Shown here in pieces: positions 1 through 9,164 of a DNA stretch of 64,000 nucleotides. Under the pieces are notes generated by a model. The model was not told where the DNA came from and did no database searches. It saw only the letters and a list, made by a program, of their open reading frames with translations. The translations under genes were made by a program, and so were the position numbers. Every line of letters begins with the position of its first letter. The first letter of the stretch is position 1. This DNA comes from Trueperaceae bacterium (GTDB lineage: Bacteria > Deinococcota > Deinococci > Deinococcales > Trueperaceae): NCBI GenBank assembly GCA_046260675.1, contig JBHEOT010000006.1, forward strand, positions 11,186 to 75,185, written 5' to 3'.

Positions 1-116
1 TCGAGCTGCTCGAGCGCGTCGACGCCGTCGGCGACGACCTCACCTGGTTCCCCAAGGCGGGCATGACCGCGGCGCCGAGCCTCGCGATCGCCGACCTGAG
101 CTTCGCCGGAGCCTGA
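1..116 (+). CDS. 3' end of an unidentified CDS (partial, continues upstream of the window)
   Basis: Frame is open from the window edge (codons phased from nt 3) to TGA 114-116, with GC-rich third positions. The tail ...DLTWFPKAGMTAAPSLAIADLSFAGA carries no motif I recognise. Confidence 0.4.
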   Translation, partial: ELLERVDAVGDDLTWFPKAGMTAAPSLAIADLSFAGA

Positions 117-153
117 ACCGCACCGTGCGCGCGCCCTTCGCGCGAACGCGCCG

Positions 154-537
154 CTACTGCGCGCTGTCGAGGTCCGGGCGCAGGCCCTTGGCGCCGCGCA
201 GGTAGACGTGCACGATCTCGTCCTGGGCCTTGGTGGTGTTGAGCTGCAGCATCACGCGCACGGCCTTGCCGACGCGGTTCGGGACCGGGATCTCGGTGTT
301 GCAGATCAGCGGCACCCGGTGCATGCCGAGCTCGCGTGCGGCCTCCGCCGGGAACGTCGAGACCAGGTCGTGGGTGGTGGTGAAGAAGATGGCGGCGATC
401 GGCTCGAACGAGTCGATCCCGTTGGCCTCCAGCATGGTGCTCAGCAGCTCGCGGGTAGCCTCCAACACCTGCTCGGGACGGTCCTCCTCGGCGGTGGTGG
501 CTCCACGGATCCCGCGCACGACGGTAGCTTGGCTCAT
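154..537 (-). CDS. aroH: chorismate mutase, AroH class
   Basis: 127-aa [18 protein letters not shown]... and ...EIVHVYLRGAKGLRPDL match the Bacillus/Thermus AroH-type monofunctional chorismate mutase. Its ATG overlaps the dusA stop (ATGA). Confidence 0.9.
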   Translation of the reverse strand: MSQATVVRGIRGATTAEEDRPEQVLEATRELLSTMLEANGIDSFEPIAAIFFTTTHDLVSTFPAEAARELGMHRVPLICNTEIPVPNRVGKAVRVMLQLNTTKAQDEIVHVYLRGAKGLRPDLDSAQ

Positions 538-1616
538 GCACGCGACTCTACCAGCCGCCGTCGCTCGCCTCCGGCTGCCCCTGGGTACTCTGCGGACCCG
601 GCGCCGGCCACCCGGTCGGGGCGCGCGTGGCGCACCTCGTCCGGCAGCGCCGCGAGCGCGGCCGCGATCAACTCCGGACCTGCCCCCGGGCGCACGCTCC
701 CCTCGGAGAGCGCCCGGCGCCAGGCGCGCCCGCCGCGCACGCCGCGCACGAGCCCGATCAACGGCTTGACCAACGGCGGGAGCGGCACGCCCTCGGTGCG
801 GCGCGCTGCGACGTACGGCAGGTAGCCCTCCACCGCCTCCGCCCGGCTGGGCGCCGCGGCCGCGTCGCCGAACACCACCGCGTCGACCCCGGCGAGCACG
901 AACGGGTCCTCGTACGCCGCCCGCCCGACCATCACGCCGTCGACGTCGCGCAACAAGGCCACCACCGCGTCCAGGTCGCGCACGCCACCGTTGGTCTCGA
1001 TCCGCAGCGCCGGGAACGCCCGCTTGAGGGCGACCACCCGCTCGTGCTGGAGCGGCGGCACCGTGCGGTTCTCCTTGGGCGACAGCCCCGAGAGCCACGC
1101 CTTGCGCGCGTGCACGACCAGGCGGTCCACGCCGGCGTCCGCGAGCGCCGCGACGAACCCGTGCAGGTGCGCGTCGGAATCGAGGTCGTCGATGCCGAGC
1201 CGGTGCTTGACCGTCACCGGCACGTCGACCGCTTCGCGCATCGCACGCACCGCGTCGGCCACCACGTCCGGCTCCGCCATCAGGCACGCTCCGAAGCGAC
1301 CGCGCTGGACGCGGTCGCTGGGGCAGCCGACGTTGAGGCCGACCTCGTCGTACCCCCAGGCGACGCCCGCGCGCGCGGCCTCGGCGAGCGCCCCCGGGTC
1401 GTCGCCCCCCAGCTGCAGCGCCACCGGATGCTCGAGCTCGTCGAAGCCCAGGAGCCGCTCGCGATCACCGTGCAGGATCGCCGCGGCGGTCACCATCTCC
1501 GTGTAGACCAGCGCCCGTCGCGTCAGCCCGCGCACGAAGCGGCGGTAGTGCCGATCCGTCCAGTCCATCATCGGCGCCACCGAGAACGGGCGCGCCGGAC
1601 CGCGCGGCGGGTTCAC
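534..1616 (-). CDS. dusA: tRNA-dihydrouridine(20/20a) synthase DusA
   Basis: [26 protein letters not shown] and VKHRLGID motifs. GTG 1616 overlaps the ispH stop (GTGA). ATG 1571 is an alternative start. Confidence 0.88.
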   Translation of the reverse strand: MNPPRGPARPFSVAPMMDWTDRHYRRFVRGLTRRALVYTEMVTAAAILHGDRERLLGFDELEHPVALQLGGDDPGALAEAARAGVAWGYDEVGLNVGCPSDRVQRGRFGACLMAEPDVVADAVRAMREAVDVPVTVKHRLGIDDLDSDAHLHGFVAALADAGVDRLVVHARKAWLSGLSPKENRTVPPLQHERVVALKRAFPALRIETNGGVRDLDAVVALLRDVDGVMVGRAAYEDPFVLAGVDAVVFGDAAAAPSRAEAVEGYLPYVAARRTEGVPLPPLVKPLIGLVRGVRGGRAWRRALSEGSVRPGAGPELIAAALAALPDEVRHARPDRVAGAGSAEYPGAAGGERRRLVESRA

Positions 1617-2638
1617 GTAGACGCAGCGGTGGGCGGCACCCGCTTCGGTTTGCGGAACTCGACGTCCTCCCACTCACCCTCCTCGATCACCGTCAAGTCC
1701 GGGTTGCGGTCTCGGAACCAAGCGACGATGCCCTGAACGAGGTCGTCCGGCGTGGACGCGGCGGACGTGACGCCGACGCGCGCGACGCCGTCGAACCAGG
1801 CGGGGTCGAGATCGTCCGGGCCCTCGACGCGCAGCGCGCGGCCGGACAGCGCCTCGGCGAGCTCGAGCAGGCGCATGCCGTTCGAGGACGTGGTGCTGGT
1901 GACGACGACGAACGCGTCGACGTGGGCGGCGATCGTCTTGACCGCGTCCTGTCGGTTCTTGGTCGCGTAGCACAGGTCGTCGCGCGCGGGCACCACGAGG
2001 CGCGGGAAGCGAGCCCGCAAGATGTCGATCGTGCGCATGGTGTCGTCCACCGACAGCGTCGTCTGGGTCAGCACCACCACGCGTTCGGGATCGGGCACCT
2101 CGACGGTGTGGGGATCGGCGAGCGCCGGGTCGGGATGGCGGTTGCCGACGACGCTCACGACGGTCGTCGACTCGGGCGCCTCACCGTACGTGCCCACGAC
2201 CTCCTGGTGGCGCGTCGAATCACCGATCAACAGGATGTGGTAGCCGGTGCGGGCGTACTTCTTCGCTTCGGAGTGGACCTTGGTGACCAACGGGCAGGTC
2301 GCGTCGAGGGTCGTGAGCCCACGTCGCGACGCCTCGGCGCGCACCACGGGGCTGACCCCATGGGCGCTGAACACGACGGTATCCGACAGCGTCCGCCCGG
2401 CGCCCGCGGCGGCAGCGCGCACCGCCTCGAGGTCGGCGAGCTTTTCGACGAAGTGGACGCCTGCCTCGTGCTCGAGCCGCTCGACCACCGTCGCGTTGTG
2501 CACGATCGCGTGGTACACGGCGAGGTCGCCTTCGCCGCGCTGGGCGTTCTCCGCTGCGGCCTCACGGACCGCGTCGATCGCCATCACGACGCCGGCGCAG
2601 AAGCCTCGGGGCTTGGCGAGGTGCAGAACCTGGATCAT
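1613..2638 (-). CDS. ispH: 4-hydroxy-3-methylbut-2-enyl diphosphate reductase IspH
   Basis: [28 protein letters not shown] and [11 protein letters not shown] give the three Fe-S cysteines. ATG 2638 is preferred over 2647/2671 because TACCAT lies 7 nt upstream and the N-terminus then matches IspH. Confidence 0.92.
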   Translation of the reverse strand: MIQVLHLAKPRGFCAGVVMAIDAVREAAAENAQRGEGDLAVYHAIVHNATVVERLEHEAGVHFVEKLADLEAVRAAAAGAGRTLSDTVVFSAHGVSPVVRAEASRRGLTTLDATCPLVTKVHSEAKKYARTGYHILLIGDSTRHQEVVGTYGEAPESTTVVSVVGNRHPDPALADPHTVEVPDPERVVVLTQTTLSVDDTMRTIDILRARFPRLVVPARDDLCYATKNRQDAVKTIAAHVDAFVVVTSTTSSNGMRLLELAEALSGRALRVEGPDDLDPAWFDGVARVGVTSAASTPDDLVQGIVAWFRDRNPDLTVIEEGEWEDVEFRKPKRVPPTAAST

Positions 2639-2660
2639 GAAACGCATGGTACCCGGCGCG

Positions 2661-2690
2661 TTGACACCCATTGATCACCGCAGGTACACT
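2661..2690 (+). promoter_or_regulatory. sigma70-type promoter for tRNA-Ile (TTGACA-18 nt-TACACT)
   Basis: TTGACA 2661-2666 and TACACT 2685-2690, about 30 nt upstream of the tRNA 5' end. Confidence 0.65.
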
Positions 2691-2719
2691 TTTTCGTCCG
2701 GGCTCAGGCGTCTGGTCTC

Positions 2720-2796
2720 GGGCGATTAGCTCAGTCGGTTAGAGCGCGTCGCTGATAACGACGAGGTCGGTGGTTCGAATCCACCATCGCCCACCA
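2720..2796 (+). tRNA. tRNA-Ile (anticodon GAT), CCA encoded
   Basis: Cloverleaf by hand: acceptor GGGCGAT/ATCGCCC, D stem GCTC/GAGC, anticodon stem CGTCG/CGACG with loop CTGATAA, T arm GGTGG-TTCGAAT-CCACC, then A + CCA. Confidence 0.95.
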
Positions 2797-2905
2797 CCCC
2801 GGGTCCCCCACCCGGGGCCCCGCCTCGGGATTCACCCCCCGAGGTCCGCCGCGGGTCCCCCCACCCGCGGCACCCCCGTGCGCCCCCCGACCCCCCGTCG
2901 GGGGG
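2797..2905 (+). repeat. array of four consecutive GC hairpins with C-only or C-rich loops
   Basis: Hairpins at 2797-2817, 2823-2844, 2849-2870 and 2883-2905. Details are in the findings. Confidence 0.8.
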
Positions 2906-2915
2906 CGCCGCTTTT
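2883..2915 (+). terminator. intrinsic-terminator-like hairpin after tRNA-Ile
   Basis: CCCCCCGAC-ccccc-GTCGGGGGG followed by CGCCGCTTTT. Confidence 0.5.
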
Positions 2916-3030
2916 GGCGACCCGGACCGCGCCAAACGAGGTCCGCGCGTGAGGACCGCCCATGAGGACCGCGCGCCCTAGACGTGCTGGGCGCGCGGTG
3001 ACGTGTGCGCTCGGTGCGGGGCGGACGCGA

Positions 3031-4284
3031 TCAGGGGGTGCCGGCGAACACCGCGCGGCGCGCGCCGAGCTCGAGGGGCAGGCGGAACGTCGCCGACCCG
3101 CGCTGCACCGTGAGCTCGACGACCTGACCGATCGCCTTGCCCCGCACCTCCGCGAGCAGCGCGGCGAACGTCGGCGTCGCGCGACCGTCGATCGCCACGA
3201 TCACGTCCGCCTCGCGCACCGTGCCGATCCGCCGCCCTTCGTCGTCGAGCACCGGGCGCTCGGCGTAGGACCGCAACCCGGCGCGCTCGCCCGGCCCACC
3301 GGGCGTCACCACCTGCACGATGGGACCCGGTCGCCGACCCAGGTCGTCCGCACCGGACCTCGGCTCGTAGTCGAACCCGTTGCGCCAGCTGAAGCCGATC
3401 ACCGGAACGTCGCGCGCCGCACCTCCTGCGACCGCCGCCACCAGCTCCGAGTCGCTCGCGACCGGCACCGCGTACGCCGCGAACTCGCGCGGCAACGGCA
3501 AACCCATCAGGAACGGCGGAACGTACGTGTCGGAGGTCATGCCGCCCGGGTTGAAGCTGATGTACGACACCACGCCGACCGCTTCGCCGCCCTCCGTGAC
3601 CACCGGGCCCCCGGAATCGCCCGGGGCGAGCGCGTTGGTGAGCTCGATGGTGCCGTCCGCGAAGTCGGCGCGCCCGGCGCGGACCCCGAGGCGGGTCACC
3701 CGCCCGGCGCGGGCCTCGAGGAAGTCGCCACGCGAGTTGCCGATCGCGACGACCGACGTCCCCGGTTCGGGCGCCTTGGCGGCCAAGGGGATGAACGGCA
3801 CCGAGCCGTCGACGTCCGCCTGCAGTACGGCGAGGTCCATGAAGGCGTCGAACCCGACCAGCTCGAGCGCGAACTCACGCCGGTCCGGATCGATGCCCAC
3901 GTACTCGACCGGGCACGGCGCCGCGGACCCGGAGGCGTCCACGACGTGGTACGCGGTCAGGACGGCGCCGTCGACCGAGAAGAAGAAGCCGGTACCGACG
4001 CCCAGCACCTGCCGGCCCCCGAAGGGCGTCGCGCAGCGCGCTTCGAGCCGCAGCGTGGCCAGGCGCGCCAGGTCGTACGCCTCGAGGAGGTTGCCCATGG
4101 GCGCGACGACCTCGGGGGGCCGCGCCTGGGCCAACTGCAACTGGGGCTCGGGCCGCTGCAGGAACGGGCTCGCCACCCATAGGAGGACACCCAGGAGCAC
4201 GAACGTGAACGCCCGCACGCGCGGTCGCCGGGTCCTCGTCGCGAACGCTTGAACTGCACCTTCTTCACGCCATGGATCAGTCAT
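3031..4284 (-). CDS. trypsin-like serine protease with C-terminal PDZ domain (HtrA/DegP family)
   Basis: Catalytic contexts TAYHVVD, DLAVLQ and LAPGDSGGPVV. PDZ-like C-terminus (GLRSYAE...DVIVAIDG...VVELTVQRG). N-terminal membrane anchor FTFVLLGVLLWV. ATG 4284 has TATGGT 6 nt upstream; GTG 4332 is the longest alternative. Confidence 0.85.
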   Translation of the reverse strand: MTDPWREEGAVQAFATRTRRPRVRAFTFVLLGVLLWVASPFLQRPEPQLQLAQARPPEVVAPMGNLLEAYDLARLATLRLEARCATPFGGRQVLGVGTGFFFSVDGAVLTAYHVVDASGSAAPCPVEYVGIDPDRREFALELVGFDAFMDLAVLQADVDGSVPFIPLAAKAPEPGTSVVAIGNSRGDFLEARAGRVTRLGVRAGRADFADGTIELTNALAPGDSGGPVVTEGGEAVGVVSYISFNPGGMTSDTYVPPFLMGLPLPREFAAYAVPVASDSELVAAVAGGAARDVPVIGFSWRNGFDYEPRSGADDLGRRPGPIVQVVTPGGPGERAGLRSYAERPVLDDEGRRIGTVREADVIVAIDGRATPTFAALLAEVRGKAIGQVVELTVQRGSATFRLPLELGARRAVFAGTP

Positions 4285-4415
4285 GAACGAACCATAAACG
4301 CAGGCGCCGGACGGAACCGCGATCCGGGACACCGCGATCCGCGACGTCGCGGTCGCGGACGCGCCGGTCTCGGACGCGCTGCCCGCCGATCGGCGTCGGC
4401 TGGTATCGTCCGCGC

Positions 4416-5390
4416 ATGCCCCATCACGAACCCGCCACCCGCGTCGCCCAGGCGCTCCTGGACCACGAGGGCCCGATCGCCGTCGTCGCCCACGTCGACC
4501 CGGACGGTGACGCCCTCGGGAGCGTGCTCACGCTGACCCGGGCGCTCCGACGGCTCGACCGCGACGCGCGCGCGCTGATGCCCGATCCGCCGCGGTACCT
4601 GCGGTTCCTCGCCGAGGAGGGCGAGCTCACGCCCCCGATCACCGAGCTCCCTCCGGGCACCCTGCTCGCGGTCCTCGACACCGACCTGGGGCGCGCGATC
4701 GGCGCGCCGCACGAGGCCGCGGCGCGGGTGGTGAACGTCGACCACCACGGGACCAACCCGGGCGGGGCCGACGTGCTCTGGGTCGACGCGGCCTACGCTT
4801 CGGCCACGATGATGGTCGCGGACGTCGTCGACGCGCTCGGCGTGCCGTGGGACGCCGACCTCGCGACCCCGTGCCTCGCGGGTCTGATGACCGACACGGG
4901 CCACTTTCGCTTCGGCAACACCGACCGCCGCGCCCTGGAGCGCGCGGGCCAGCTGATCGATGCAGGCGTCGCGTACGCCGAGCTCTCCGATCGCCTGCAG
5001 TGGCGCCATCCCGCGTACTACGGTCTGCTCGCGCGCGTCATGAGCACCGTCCGGTACCGCCTGGACGGGCGCGCAGTGCTGCTCGACCTGACCCTCGCGA
5101 TGCGCGCGGACGCCGACGCGGACGGCGACGATGCCGACGACTTCGTACAGCAGGTGCGCTACGCCGAGGGCACGATCGTCGCGGCGATCCTCAAGGAGCG
5201 CCCCGAGGGGGTCAAGGTGAGCGTCCGCTCTCGGGCGGGCGCGTCGGCCCAGCGCATCTGCGTCGCGCTCGGGGGCGGCGGCCACGTGGCGGCCGCGGGC
5301 GCCACCCTGACCGGGCTCGACCTCGCGGCCGCCGAGGAGCGGCTTCTCGTCGCGATCGCCGCCGAGCTCGACACCGTCGCCACCGGCTGA
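4416..5390 (+). CDS. nrnA: DHH-family phosphoesterase, NrnA-like oligoribonuclease/pAp phosphatase
   Basis: DHH motifs VVAHVDPDGDALGS, LDTD, NVDHHGTN and MTDTGHFRF, plus the DHHA1 motif GGGGHVAAAG. Confidence 0.85.
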   Translation: MPHHEPATRVAQALLDHEGPIAVVAHVDPDGDALGSVLTLTRALRRLDRDARALMPDPPRYLRFLAEEGELTPPITELPPGTLLAVLDTDLGRAIGAPHEAAARVVNVDHHGTNPGGADVLWVDAAYASATMMVADVVDALGVPWDADLATPCLAGLMTDTGHFRFGNTDRRALERAGQLIDAGVAYAELSDRLQWRHPAYYGLLARVMSTVRYRLDGRAVLLDLTLAMRADADADGDDADDFVQQVRYAEGTIVAAILKERPEGVKVSVRSRAGASAQRICVALGGGGHVAAAGATLTGLDLAAAEERLLVAIAAELDTVATG

Positions 5391-5491
5391 CGCCCCGACC
5401 CCCACCGGCGACCGGGGTCCGGGCCGCTCCACCCCCGGCACGGGCCGGGGCGGGACGCTGGTGCCGCGGCCATCGCGCTACGATGCGCTCC

Positions 5492-7114
5492 GTGCTGCGC
5501 ACGATCGAGCTCCGGGACTTCGCGATCGCCGACGACGTGCTCGTCGAGCTCGGCCCGGGCCTGAACGTCCTCACCGGCGAGACCGGTGCGGGCAAGTCGC
5601 TGGTCGTCGACGCGCTCGCGCTGCTCGCGGGCGGCCGCGCCGACGCCGGCATGGTGCGCGCCGGTCGTCCGCACGCGCTCGTGCAGGCGACGTGGCGCGA
5701 GGGCGAGGACGAGCGCGCCTTCGCACGACGGGTGGCGCACGAGGAGCGCAACGTCGCCCGCATCGACGGCGAGGTCGTCGCGGTCGGCGAGCTGCGCGAG
5801 GCGCTCGCACCGCGCATCGGCATCTTTGGGCAACACGCCTTCCGCACCCTGCTCGAGGGCGGAGAGCAGCGCTCGCTGCTCGACCGCGGTCTGGCGCCCG
5901 ATGCCCGTGCGGCGTTCGAGCGCTACCGAACCGCCTGGGCCGAACGCGAGGGGGCCCGCACGGCGCTGTCCGCGTCGCAGAGCGCAGCGCGCGACCGCGA
6001 GCGGCGCCTCGACGTGTTGCGCTACCAGATCGACGAGATCGACGCCGCAGGGTTGGTGCCCGGCGAGGACGAAGCGCTCGACGCGCGGTTGCGCGCCGCG
6101 CGCCACGTCGAGAAGGTGCGCGAAGGCCTCGTGGCCGCCCTCGGCGCGCTCGCCGACGACGACGTCGGTGCGGCCGACCGGCTCGCCGAGGGCCTGCGCG
6201 CCCTATCCGGCGCAGCGCGCTTCGACGCTGCGCTCGAAGGGCTCGCGAACGACCTCGGTGCGGCCCAGGTCGCGGTGCAGGCGGTCGCCGGTGAGATCGA
6301 GGCGGCGCTCGAAGGGGTCGATGCCGACCCCGTCGAGCTCGAGCGCCTCGAAGCGCGCCGGCACGTGCTCGACGGCCTGTGCCGCAAGTACGGTGCCGAC
6401 GTCGCGGCGGTGCTCGCGTTCCGCGACGAACGCGTCGCCGAGCACGCCGTCCTCGAGCGTGCGGATGCCGACGATGCCACCCTCGAGGCGCGCATCGCGG
6501 AGCTCGACGCCGCGCTCGCCAGCGACGCGCGCCACGTCACCAACGGCCGCCGCACCGCGGCGCACGACCTGGAGCCACGCGCCACCGAGGTGCTGCGCAC
6601 GTTGGCGTTGCCGCACGCGCGCTTCGAGGTCGAGCTGGCACCGCGCGACGCCCTGGGCCCGTACGGTGCGGAGCGGGTGCGGTTCCGGTTCGGCGCGAAC
6701 CGCGGTGAGCCGACCGCACCGCTCGCCGACGTCGCGTCGGGCGGCGAGCTGTCGCGGGTGATGCTCGCGCTGCACGCGGCCGCCGGAAGCTCGGTGCCGA
6801 CGCTCGTGTTCGACGAGGTGGACGCCGGCCTCGGCGGCCGCACCGGGCGGGCGGTGGGCCGCGTGCTGGCCGGGCTGGCCACCGGCCGCCAGGTGGTGGT
6901 CGTCACGCACTTGGCGCAGGTCGCCGCCTTCGCCGACCGCCACCTGCGGGTGGACAAGGTGGAGCGCGACGAGCGTACGGTCACGCAGGTGGACGCGCTC
7001 GCGGGCGACGAACGCGTCCGTGAGCTCGCCCGCATGCTCGCGGGCGACGACGGGGCGGCGGCGCTCGAGCACGCGCGCGCGCTGCTCGCGGACCCCGGCG
7101 CCGACGCCAGCTGA
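5492..7114 (+). CDS. recN: DNA repair protein RecN
   Basis: LRTIELRDFAI N-terminus, Walker A GETGAGKS, long coiled-coil middle, signature GGELSRVMLAL, Walker B LVFDEVDAGLGG. GTG 5492 is favoured (TACGAT 7 nt upstream); ATG 5483 is in frame three codons earlier. Confidence 0.9.
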   Translation: MLRTIELRDFAIADDVLVELGPGLNVLTGETGAGKSLVVDALALLAGGRADAGMVRAGRPHALVQATWREGEDERAFARRVAHEERNVARIDGEVVAVGELREALAPRIGIFGQHAFRTLLEGGEQRSLLDRGLAPDARAAFERYRTAWAEREGARTALSASQSAARDRERRLDVLRYQIDEIDAAGLVPGEDEALDARLRAARHVEKVREGLVAALGALADDDVGAADRLAEGLRALSGAARFDAALEGLANDLGAAQVAVQAVAGEIEAALEGVDADPVELERLEARRHVLDGLCRKYGADVAAVLAFRDERVAEHAVLERADADDATLEARIAELDAALASDARHVTNGRRTAAHDLEPRATEVLRTLALPHARFEVELAPRDALGPYGAERVRFRFGANRGEPTAPLADVASGGELSRVMLALHAAAGSSVPTLVFDEVDAGLGGRTGRAVGRVLAGLATGRQVVVVTHLAQVAAFADRHLRVDKVERDERTVTQVDALAGDERVRELARMLAGDDGAAALEHARALLADPGADAS

Positions 7115-7138
7115 CGGGCAGCCGCGGTCGGACCTCGC

Positions 7139-8359
7139 CTACAGCTCGGCGAACGCCGAGAGCAGCGCGTCGACGTCGCTCGCGTCCGAGTAGTGCACCG
7201 CGCTGGCGCGCACCGAGCCGCCGCGCGCCTCGAGCCCCAGCTCCCGGTACATCAGGTCGTACGCGTACGAGTGCCCTGCCGCGACCGCGATCCCGGCGTC
7301 GGCGAGCGCGCGGGCGACGTCCGCAGGGTCGCGGTCCGGGTGGTTGAAGGCCACGGTCGCCGTCCGCCCCTCCACCCCCGGCAGCCCGTAGCGGTCGGCC
7401 CCCAAACGGTCCAAGCCGTGCAGCAGGCGCTCGGTCAACCCCGCCTCGTGGGTCGCCACGGCCGCGTACACCGAGCTCCAGCGCGCGCGCTCGGCGCCGG
7501 ACGGGACGTCGAGCGCGTCGGCCACGTCGCCGAGGTGGTCGAGCGCCGCCCCCCAGCCGAGGATCGCCTCGTGCGACTGGGTGCCCGGCTCCCACGCGAT
7601 GGGGTCGAGCGGGTCGTGGAAAGCCAAGCGCGGCGGCGCCAGCCGCGAACGCAGGTCCGCCCCCAGGTACAGCGCGCCCAGGTGGGGGGCGAACGCTTTG
7701 TACGGGCTGAACACCGCCCCGTCGAGCCCCCACGCGTCGACGTCGGGGAGCGAATGCGGCGCGAGGTGGACCAGGTCCGCGAAGGACCAGGCCCCAGCCG
7801 CGCGCACCACGTCGGCCACCTCGCCCACCGGCACCAGCGTCCCGAGGGCGTTCGAGGCCGCCGTGAAGGCCACCAGCCGGGTGCGTGGCCCGAGCAGCGC
7901 GCGCAGGTCGTCGAGGTCGAGGACCCCGAAGGGCGCCCGCGGCCGCCACGTTCGGACGACGACGCCCCGCGCCGCGAGCTGCCGCCAGGGGTCGACGTTC
8001 GCGTGGTGGTCGAGCGAGGTGACCACCACCTCGTCGCCTGCCGCCAGCGCGTCGCCGACCGAGCGCGCCAGGAGCGTCACGAGCGTCGTGGCGTTGGGTC
8101 CGAAAGCGACGTGCTCGGGGGCCGACGCACCGAAGAAGGAGGCGGTGCGCGCGCGCACCGCCTCCTTGCGCGCGGTCACGCGGCGGCTCGGCGCGTACGC
8201 GCCGCCCTTGTTCACCTGGAGCGAGACGAGCGCCTCCGCGACCGCCTCGACGACGCGGTCGGGGAGTTGGGCGCCCGAGGCGTTGTCGAGGTACACGAGC
8301 TCGGCGCGGCGAAGCGCCGGGAAACGAGCGCGGATCGACGCGACCGGGAACGGATCCAT
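7139..8359 (-). CDS. class-V aminotransferase fold, cysteine desulfurase-like PLP enzyme
   Basis: VYLDNASGAQ, AFTAASNALGT and the PLP-lysine context FSPYKAF. Confidence 0.8.
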   Translation of the reverse strand: MDPFPVASIRARFPALRRAELVYLDNASGAQLPDRVVEAVAEALVSLQVNKGGAYAPSRRVTARKEAVRARTASFFGASAPEHVAFGPNATTLVTLLARSVGDALAAGDEVVVTSLDHHANVDPWRQLAARGVVVRTWRPRAPFGVLDLDDLRALLGPRTRLVAFTAASNALGTLVPVGEVADVVRAAGAWSFADLVHLAPHSLPDVDAWGLDGAVFSPYKAFAPHLGALYLGADLRSRLAPPRLAFHDPLDPIAWEPGTQSHEAILGWGAALDHLGDVADALDVPSGAERARWSSVYAAVATHEAGLTERLLHGLDRLGADRYGLPGVEGRTATVAFNHPDRDPADVARALADAGIAVAAGHSYAYDLMYRELGLEARGGSVRASAVHYSDASDVDALLSAFAEL

Positions 8360-8364
8360 GCCCG

Positions 8365-8394
8365 AGCGTACCGCGCCCCCGTGGGCGTTAGGCT
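8365..8394. promoter_or_regulatory. two opposed -10-like boxes for leaderless-type divergent starts
   Basis: TACGCT on the minus strand (8370-8365), 5 nt from ATG 8359. TAGGCT on the plus strand (8389-8394), 6 nt from ATG 8401. Neither side has an SD. Confidence 0.45.
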
Positions 8395-8400
8395 GGGGTC

Positions 8401-8628
8401 ATGTACGACGCGGAAGGCTTCGACGACGGTCCCCCCTGCCCGGAATGCGGCTTCGAGCCGAGCCGGCGCTACGCGTACGCGGAGGGGTTCGAAGAACACG
8501 AGTGCCCCCGGTGCGGATGGCGCAGCGACGAACAAGCGCTGGCCGATCTGCGCCGCGCCACGGGCGATCTCCTCGAGGGCGACGGCGCGCCGACCGCGCC
8601 GCCGCTCGGGCGACCGCTGCGCGCCTGA
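8401..8628 (+). CDS. small zinc-ribbon protein (hypothetical)
   Basis: 75 aa with CPECG...CPRCG cysteine pairs and high GC3. Confidence 0.6.
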   Translation: MYDAEGFDDGPPCPECGFEPSRRYAYAEGFEEHECPRCGWRSDEQALADLRRATGDLLEGDGAPTAPPLGRPLRA

Positions 8629-8711
8629 CACCGATCGACCCCCGCGCATCCGGCGGCGCGGGCGGTTCTACGAGGCCGCATGCGGCCGAAGCCGGAAGGA
8701 GGAGCGTGCGC

Positions 8712-9164
8712 ATGGAGGTACGAGTCGTGTTGAGCTCGGATGAGATCGTCCGCGGCCTCAAGCACTACCGCCGAATCGCCAAACAGGACGTGCTGCGTGC
8801 GTCCGAAACGCCCGACCCCGACGCGTCGCGGCGCCACGCCGAGGCACGGCGCGTCGTCTACGCCGACCTCGCCGAGGTCGCCGAACGCGACGGTCCGCAG
8901 GAGGTCGTGCGCAGCGCCCTGGGCCGGTACGAGGAGCTGCCGTTCGTCACGGGCAGCACCGACCCGGAAGACGTGGAGATCCGCGCGCACGAGAACGCGC
9001 TCGAGAACTTCTTCCTGATGATCGGCCTCGAACCCAAGGTGCGGCGCGAAGCGCGGAGCAAGCGGCCCCCGCTCGGGACCGCCGCGAAGGACCAAGGTGC
9101 GACCGAAGCCACCGCGACCAGCGGCCCCGCGACGGCCGCGGAACCAGGCGCCGACGTTTCGTGA
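8712..9164 (+). CDS. hypothetical protein, no domain recognised
   Basis: 150 aa. GGAAGGAGGAG sits upstream of ATG 8712. The stop overlaps the GTG of the UDG gene (GTGA). Confidence 0.65.
   Translation: MEVRVVLSSDEIVRGLKHYRRIAKQDVLRASETPDPDASRRHAEARRVVYADLAEVAERDGPQEVVRSALGRYEELPFVTGSTDPEDVEIRAHENALENFFLMIGLEPKVRREARSKRPPLGTAAKDQGATEATATSGPATAAEPGADVS

Noticed and set aside
2962-4182. 406-aa plus-strand ORF opposite the HtrA-like protease gene.
   Set aside because: Same mirror-frame artefact. The minus-strand frame has the Ser-protease triad and a PDZ domain.
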